Shown here one piece after another: positions 25,586 to 30,485 of a stretch of 30,485 nt of DNA (positions are counted from its first letter, which is position 1; each line of letters opens with the position of its first letter). The notes below the pieces were generated by a model. That model was not told the origin of the DNA, did no database searches, and saw nothing but the letters and a program-made list of their open reading frames with translations. The DNA lies in contig CAMTVO010000031.1 in NCBI GenBank assembly GCA_947085205.1, positions 1 through 30,485 on the forward strand. The letters are read 5' to 3'. This stretch comes from an uncultured Nitrospiraceae bacterium. Lineage in GTDB: Bacteria; Nitrospirota; Thermodesulfovibrionia; Thermodesulfovibrionales; Dissulfurispiraceae. The translations under genes and the position numbers were made by a program.

Positions 25586-27625
25586 ATGAAAAGACTTTTA
25601 TCTTTATTTAATCGCATCACGCATTACGCATCACGCATCACTGTTTTGCTTGCCTTTAGCCTTTCACCTTTAGCCTACAGCCTACTTACCACTTCTGCAT
25701 TGGCACAGGAAAAGACCACATCATTAGAAGAAGTCGTTGTTACCGCTACAAGGATTGAAGAACCCAAAAAGGATGTCCCCGCATCTGTCCAGATAATCAC
25801 ACAGGAAGATATTAAAAACTCCACAGCAAAAAATGCAGGCGACTTAATCGCAGAGGCATCCATTGGGCATGTCCACAAATATCCGGGTGCACTTACAGGC
25901 AGAATTGAATTGAGAGGATTAACAACAGACCTCTTCAGTGATACGAAAAGCAGGGTTCTTGTGCTCATCAACGGCCATCGTGCAGGCACTGTGAATCTTG
26001 CAAAGATACCTGTGGAGGACATCGAAAGGATTGAGATAGTTAAAGGACCTGCATCCGTACTTTATGGCTCATCTGCCATGGGCGGTGTGATTAATATCAT
26101 CACCAAAGAAGGCAAAGAGGGTTTTCATGGCTCTGTCGGTAGTGAGATTGGCTCATGGGAATACTGGAAGACGCAGGCTGAACTAAGTGGAAAGAAAGGT
26201 GGTTTTGATTTTTATTTGACTGCAAGCCGTTCTTCTTCAGGTGATTTTGAGGCAAAGGATTATGGAAAGATTCAGAATACAGGATATGACGACGAAACAG
26301 TATCAGCCCGTTTTGGATACAGGCTTTTCGGCAAACATCATGTATCCATCGGTTTTCAGCACTGGAGGGGATGGGAGATAGGTTCACCCGGAGCAAGATA
26401 TTCCCCTGATCCTGATAATTATTCGGACAAGGGACGGGACAGCTTTGACATTGGATATAAAACCGCAGACTTCGATGCTAAATATTATCTCATCAAAGAC
26501 AGGGATGAATCTCACGGAGGCATGACATCAGGAATAGGAAATTCAAATATCACCCTGACAAAAACAGATACCCAGGGGATAAGCATCCAGAAGACGTTCC
26601 CAGTCGGCGACCATAGGGTGATCGTAGGCGGTCAATGGGACAGGATAGAGGTTGATAGCTCAAGAAACACGGGCGCGCCTTACAATCCCAATTCAAAATA
26701 TGACAGCTACGGCGCATTTACAGAAGGACGCTTAAGCCTTTTCAACAAAAAACTTTTGCTGATCGCAGGACTTCGTTATGACTATTTTGAAAATGAGATA
26801 CTGGCAACACCGGGTATCACAAGTTTAAAGCCTAAAAAAGAGAACCTTGACCATGTAACTGCAAGGGGCGGTCTGGTATATAAACTCACCGATAGCCTGA
26901 GCCTTAAAGGCAATATCGGCACAGCCTTTCGAGCGCCTGCACCCGATGAACTTGCAACAGATTATGTATCTTCATGGGGAACACGATACATTGGCAATCC
27001 AAATCTAAAACCCGAAAAAAGTACATCCTATGATGCAGGGATTGAGTATTCAAAGGACTTATTCAAGGGCGGTTTAGCCTTCTTTCATACAGACTTCAAA
27101 GACAAGATATTGAGCTACTACGATAGCACCCTGTCTGCCCAGACCTTCAAGAATGTTGATGGCGCAACACTTCAGGGTATCGAGATAAATGCATTTTACG
27201 ATGTGGGTCTGGCATCTGGACTGAATATATCCATAGAGCCATTCACTAATATCACCTATCACATGAAGTATTCAAGTAAGGATGAACTTGAGATAAGCAA
27301 ATACGGAAAGATTCTTCTTTATACGCCGAAATGGACAGGCGCCTTTGGAATAAAGGCAGGTAAGGAACGGTGGGATGTAAGGCTTATTGCAAACTATACA
27401 GGAGATGAAAAAGTTCAGGACTGGAATACCTCATCACCGACTTATGGAAAGGCAATAGACAAAGGCGATTTTACACTTGTCCATTTAAAAGGCTCATACA
27501 GACCGATTAAAAACCTTGAAATCACAGCATCTGTGGAAAATCTCTTTGACAGGGCATATGAATATGTTCTCGGTTATCCCATGCCGGGAAGGACATTTGT
27601 GGGAGGTGTTAAATGGATATTTTGA
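25586..27625 (+). CDS. TonB-dependent receptor 2, BtuB-like (cobalamin/corrinoid)
   Basis: TonB box EEVVVTATR, IERIEIVKGP.SVLYGS.AMGGVIN, GNP.LKPE, C-terminal WIF; preceded by the B12 riboswitch. Confidence 0.92.
   Translation: MKRLLSLFNRITHYASRITVLLAFSLSPLAYSLLTTSALAQEKTTSLEEVVVTATRIEEPKKDVPASVQIITQEDIKNSTAKNAGDLIAEASIGHVHKYPGALTGRIELRGLTTDLFSDTKSRVLVLINGHRAGTVNLAKIPVEDIERIEIVKGPASVLYGSSAMGGVINIITKEGKEGFHGSVGSEIGSWEYWKTQAELSGKKGGFDFYLTASRSSSGDFEAKDYGKIQNTGYDDETVSARFGYRLFGKHHVSIGFQHWRGWEIGSPGARYSPDPDNYSDKGRDSFDIGYKTADFDAKYYLIKDRDESHGGMTSGIGNSNITLTKTDTQGISIQKTFPVGDHRVIVGGQWDRIEVDSSRNTGAPYNPNSKYDSYGAFTEGRLSLFNKKLLLIAGLRYDYFENEILATPGITSLKPKKENLDHVTARGGLVYKLTDSLSLKGNIGTAFRAPAPDELATDYVSSWGTRYIGNPNLKPEKSTSYDAGIEYSKDLFKGGLAFFHTDFKDKILSYYDSTLSAQTFKNVDGATLQGIEINAFYDVGLASGLNISIEPFTNITYHMKYSSKDELEISKYGKILLYTPKWTGAFGIKAGKERWDVRLIANYTGDEKVQDWNTSSPTYGKAIDKGDFTLVHLKGSYRPIKNLEITASVENLFDRAYEYVLGYPMPGRTFVGGVKWIF
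25612..25684. repeat. Two heptamer arrays (ACGCATC x4; TAGCCTW-like x5) forming the receptor 2 signal peptide
   Basis: They encode RITHYASRIT and LAFSLSPLAYSL. Confidence 0.85.
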
Positions 27626-27642
27626 CATATCAAAAAATGGAC

Positions 27643-27672
27643 TTGACAAGCGAGGAGTACTTTATGTATTTT
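27643..27672 (+). promoter_or_regulatory. Sigma70-type promoter
   Basis: TTGACA 27643-27648, 18 nt, TATTTT 27667-27672. Confidence 0.55.
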
Positions 27673-27678
27673 TATAAA

Positions 27679-27841
27679 CTTCCTGAACTCGAAGTTCGGG
27701 GAGCTGTTTTATTTTATATCAAAGAAATTAAGGCCATGAAGGCTTTGCATCAGGAAGGTGCAGCTTTCATGGCCTTTTTGTTTAACAATTTATCAGCAAT
27801 ATCCAGCCACGAAGGTTATCCATATCTTCCAAGAAGGGAGA
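27679..27841 (+). promoter_or_regulatory. Leader with five pentaloop hairpins and an intrinsic terminator (paralogue of 19588-19748)
   Basis: Loops TCGAA 27689, ATGAA 27736, AGGAA 27752, ACGAA 27809, AAGAA 27831; 14-bp terminator stem 27730-27743 / 27763-27776 plus T-run. Confidence 0.78.
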
Positions 27842-27864
27842 AGACAAAACTTTTTGGAGGATTT

Positions 27865-28203
27865 ATGGGAAAGACAGTCTGTAAAAAGGTAGCAACAGTT
27901 CAATTCTGGGACATCTATGCAAAGTGGTATAAATGCTGGATGGAGCATAACAATTACCACGACAGGATTATTGATGTTCTCACCACAATGGTAGAGCCTG
28001 GCTGGAAAGTCCTCATAGAAAGTTCCTTTGCCTATCACAGGTTGGATGAAGCATTTGAACACTATTCGTTGAAGAAAGGAAAACCTCTGTCCTCGGATGA
28101 GATAACCTCTCTAAAGGCACAACTCACATATGAAGATGATCATTTCTGGATGAAGGACACCGCTTATGTCGGGATGTATTGGTGGGAGAAGATGTCAGCT
28201 TAA
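27865..28203 (+). CDS. Class I SAM-methyltransferase-like ORF with apparent internal deletion (copy 2; may be a pseudogene)
   Basis: Start ATG 27865 after GGAGG; same EPGWKVL|IESSFAYH junction as copy 1; 112 aa. Confidence 0.6.
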   Translation: MGKTVCKKVATVQFWDIYAKWYKCWMEHNNYHDRIIDVLTTMVEPGWKVLIESSFAYHRLDEAFEHYSLKKGKPLSSDEITSLKAQLTYEDDHFWMKDTAYVGMYWWEKMSA

Positions 28204-28226
28204 AAGATTTTACAAAGTTTGAATTT

Positions 28227-28261
28227 AGGCCACGAAGGCTTGCTGCCTCCTAAGAAGGGAG
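28227..28261 (+). promoter_or_regulatory. Dual pentaloop hairpin before receptor 3 (no terminator)
   Basis: aggcc-ACGAA-ggctt 28227-28241 and ctcct-AAGAA-gggag 28247-28261. Confidence 0.7.
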
Positions 28262-28286
28262 AAAAAAAAATTTTAGGAGGTTTTTG

Positions 28287-30485
28287 ATGAGAAAGGTTTT
28301 TGGCTGGTTTGCAGGTTTTGTTTTGAGTTTGTTGATTGGTATGTCAATGGCACAGGCAGGAGAAAAAGATACAAGGCTTGAGGAGATTGTGGTTACAGCA
28401 ACAAGGACAGAGAAAGAATTAGAAACTGCACCGGGCAGTGTTTCGATAGTTACAAAAAAGGACATGGAAAAGAGAAATATAAAGACAGTTGATGAGGCAT
28501 TAAACACTGTTCCCGGTGTCTTTGACAGGAGAGGCAAGGGGCTTATGGATACCCGCTCACAAGTCAGCATCAGGGGAATCCCGGGACAGATGAGAACCCT
28601 CATCCTTTTGGATGGGATACCCCTCAACAGCGCATATACAGGTGAAGTCCAGTGGGGCGGCCTTTCACCTGAAGATGCAGAGAGGATAGAGGTTGTGAAG
28701 GGCCCATTTTCGAGCCTTTACGGCGGCTATGCCATGGGCGGCGTTGTAAATGTCATCACAAAGATGCCGGGAAAAAGTGAATTTACTCTAAAAACTGGCT
28801 ATGGCTCAAGCTGGGATAGAGGCGATGCTATGGATGACATGAGAAAATTTTATCTCTCTTATGGCGATAAATTTAAAGACAAATTCAGTCTATTTGCAAG
28901 CTACGGCTATAAGGCTACAAACGGTTACCCATCCGACTTCAATGTCCAGAGCAGCCAGCCTACCGCAGGCATCACAGGATGGTCTTATACAACGGACAAT
29001 CAGGGCAATACTCGTTATCTTATCAGCGATAAAGGCGATAACAGATGGTGGGATGACAATGTAACTTTAAAGGCAGGATATGACTTCTCTAAAACATCAA
29101 AGATTAACCTCTCCTTTATGAGAACCCGCTATGAATATAACTATGACACCCCTCACACATATTTGAAAAACGCTGCCGGCAGCGAGGTCTGGTCTTATGG
29201 CACTGTGAGGGAATCATCCTTTCTTTCAGGCTCAGGCGGCAGGCTTCAGAATATTTACAGCGCAGGCTATGAAACCATGTTCGGAGATGTGAAGACAAAA
29301 ATATCCCTCGGACTAATAGAACAGGAGAAGTCATGGTATGTAACACCGGGAACAACTGCTGCCACTACCCGTTCCGGCGGACCCGGCAAGGTCAGCGAAA
29401 CACCGTCTGAAAGTTACAATGCAGATATCCAATTCACACTTCCACTTTTTGAAAAGCATATTCTCACTTTCGGCGGCTCTTTCAGGCACGGATGGGCAGA
29501 TACAAAGGAGCATAATCTTACAAACTGGAAGGATGAGGAATCAAAGACAACCCTTACTTATCAATCAAAGGGCAAGGACAGGACATACGCCCTGTTTGTT
29601 CAGGATGAAATTATTCTTGCCGAAAAACTCACGGCATATATAGGCTTCAGGCAGGACTGGTGGGAGACCTATGATGGTTATGCAAATCAGGTTGGCACAG
29701 CGGGTTATCCAAAAAATTACGATTCAAGAGATGCATTGTCTTTCAGTCCCAAGGCAGCCATTGTCTATAAGCCATTTGAAAAGACATCATTAAGGACATC
29801 GATCGGAAAGGCGTTCAGACCGCCCACGGTTTACGAACTCTACAGGACATGGACATCGTCATCAGGCGTCACCTATGCGGGAAATCCTGATTTAAAGCCG
29901 GAGACTACCGCATCATGGGATATAGGGATCGAGCAGGGCTTATGGAAGGGTGCAAAGATAAAGGTGGCATACTTTGAAAATTACATAGAAGACCTTATCT
30001 ATAGAAAAACCGTTTCATCTACTTATCAGGAATCAATAAATGCAGGAAAGGCTGAGAGCAAGGGAGTAGAGCTTGAGGCGGAGCAGAGATTCGGTAAGGA
30101 ACTCAGGCTCTTTGCCAACTTCACCTATACGGATGCAAAGATAAAGGAAAATGATGCAAAGCCTGAGACTGTCGGCGAGAGATTAACGGATGTGCCGGAA
30201 AGGATGTTCAACGCTGGCGCTGAATTTGAAAAAGGCGCATTTTCAGCGGCACTCACAGGCAGGTATGTGAGCAAGAGATATTCCAACGATGAAAATAAAG
30301 ACATCGTGAATAATGTTTATACCTCTTATGACCCTTATTTTACAGCAGATGCGAAGGTGTCCTATAAGTTCACAAAGAATGCCACGTTATCGTTCTCTGT
30401 GGATAACATCTTTGACAGAGACTATTTTGCATATTACAAAACTCCGGGAAGGTCATGGTTTGGAGAAGTAACATTAAGGTTTTAG
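28287..30485 (+). CDS. TonB-dependent receptor 3
   Basis: TonB box EEIVVTATR, ERIEVVKGPFSSLYGG.AMGGVVN, GNPDLKPE, C-terminal LRF. Confidence 0.93.
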   Translation: MRKVFGWFAGFVLSLLIGMSMAQAGEKDTRLEEIVVTATRTEKELETAPGSVSIVTKKDMEKRNIKTVDEALNTVPGVFDRRGKGLMDTRSQVSIRGIPGQMRTLILLDGIPLNSAYTGEVQWGGLSPEDAERIEVVKGPFSSLYGGYAMGGVVNVITKMPGKSEFTLKTGYGSSWDRGDAMDDMRKFYLSYGDKFKDKFSLFASYGYKATNGYPSDFNVQSSQPTAGITGWSYTTDNQGNTRYLISDKGDNRWWDDNVTLKAGYDFSKTSKINLSFMRTRYEYNYDTPHTYLKNAAGSEVWSYGTVRESSFLSGSGGRLQNIYSAGYETMFGDVKTKISLGLIEQEKSWYVTPGTTAATTRSGGPGKVSETPSESYNADIQFTLPLFEKHILTFGGSFRHGWADTKEHNLTNWKDEESKTTLTYQSKGKDRTYALFVQDEIILAEKLTAYIGFRQDWWETYDGYANQVGTAGYPKNYDSRDALSFSPKAAIVYKPFEKTSLRTSIGKAFRPPTVYELYRTWTSSSGVTYAGNPDLKPETTASWDIGIEQGLWKGAKIKVAYFENYIEDLIYRKTVSSTYQESINAGKAESKGVELEAEQRFGKELRLFANFTYTDAKIKENDAKPETVGERLTDVPERMFNAGAEFEKGAFSAALTGRYVSKRYSNDENKDIVNNVYTSYDPYFTADAKVSYKFTKNATLSFSVDNIFDRDYFAYYKTPGRSWFGEVTLRF

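Noticed and set aside
27613..27864. N-terminal extension of the 196-aa ORF (and 19676-19774 of the 147-aa ORF)
   Set aside because: These run through promoter, hairpins and terminator. Paralogue similarity and GGAGG sites place the starts at 27865 and 19775.

Overview
A 30.5 kb bacterial contig end, AT-leaning; gene content and style suggest Nitrospirota (Thermodesulfovibrionia-like) or a deltaproteobacterium, which is an inference only. Bases 1-40 are leftover Illumina adapter. The left half (minus strand, 41-16452) is a heavy-metal and redox cluster. It holds a TolC/CusC-like outer-membrane factor (truncated by the contig end), YtkA/FixH-like proteins, a CYCxC/PCYCGC-family protein that very probably reads through an in-frame TGA as selenocysteine (UxxC plus SECIS-like hairpin), a NapH/NosR-like polyferredoxin, an FMN_bind-like protein, two His-tagged cytochromes c, an MCP/HD-GYP/GGDEF trio, a nitrilase-family hydrolase, an OmpR/BaeS-type two-component pair, galT and a tRNA nucleotidyltransferase. 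Five of its transcription units carry the same TTATGAA-N4 direct-repeat box. The right half (plus strand, 16616-30485) is a Ni/Co/B12 uptake island: CbiM/NikM-N-Q-O ECF transporter, TonB-ExbB-ExbD, three TonB-dependent receptors (one under a cobalamin riboswitch), DUF4198 and CbiL/NikL-like proteins, and two paralogous methyltransferase-like ORFs sharing the same apparent internal deletion. The most novel-looking signal is a family of 13 small hairpins with a conserved ANGAA-type pentaloop and variable stems. Most are arranged in pairs in four leaders of the uptake island, and three pairs are nested inside intrinsic terminators, which suggests an ANTAR-like but non-canonical antitermination system. 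Heptamer/octamer tandem repeats and palindromes are scattered through the window, several of them in frame inside genes.
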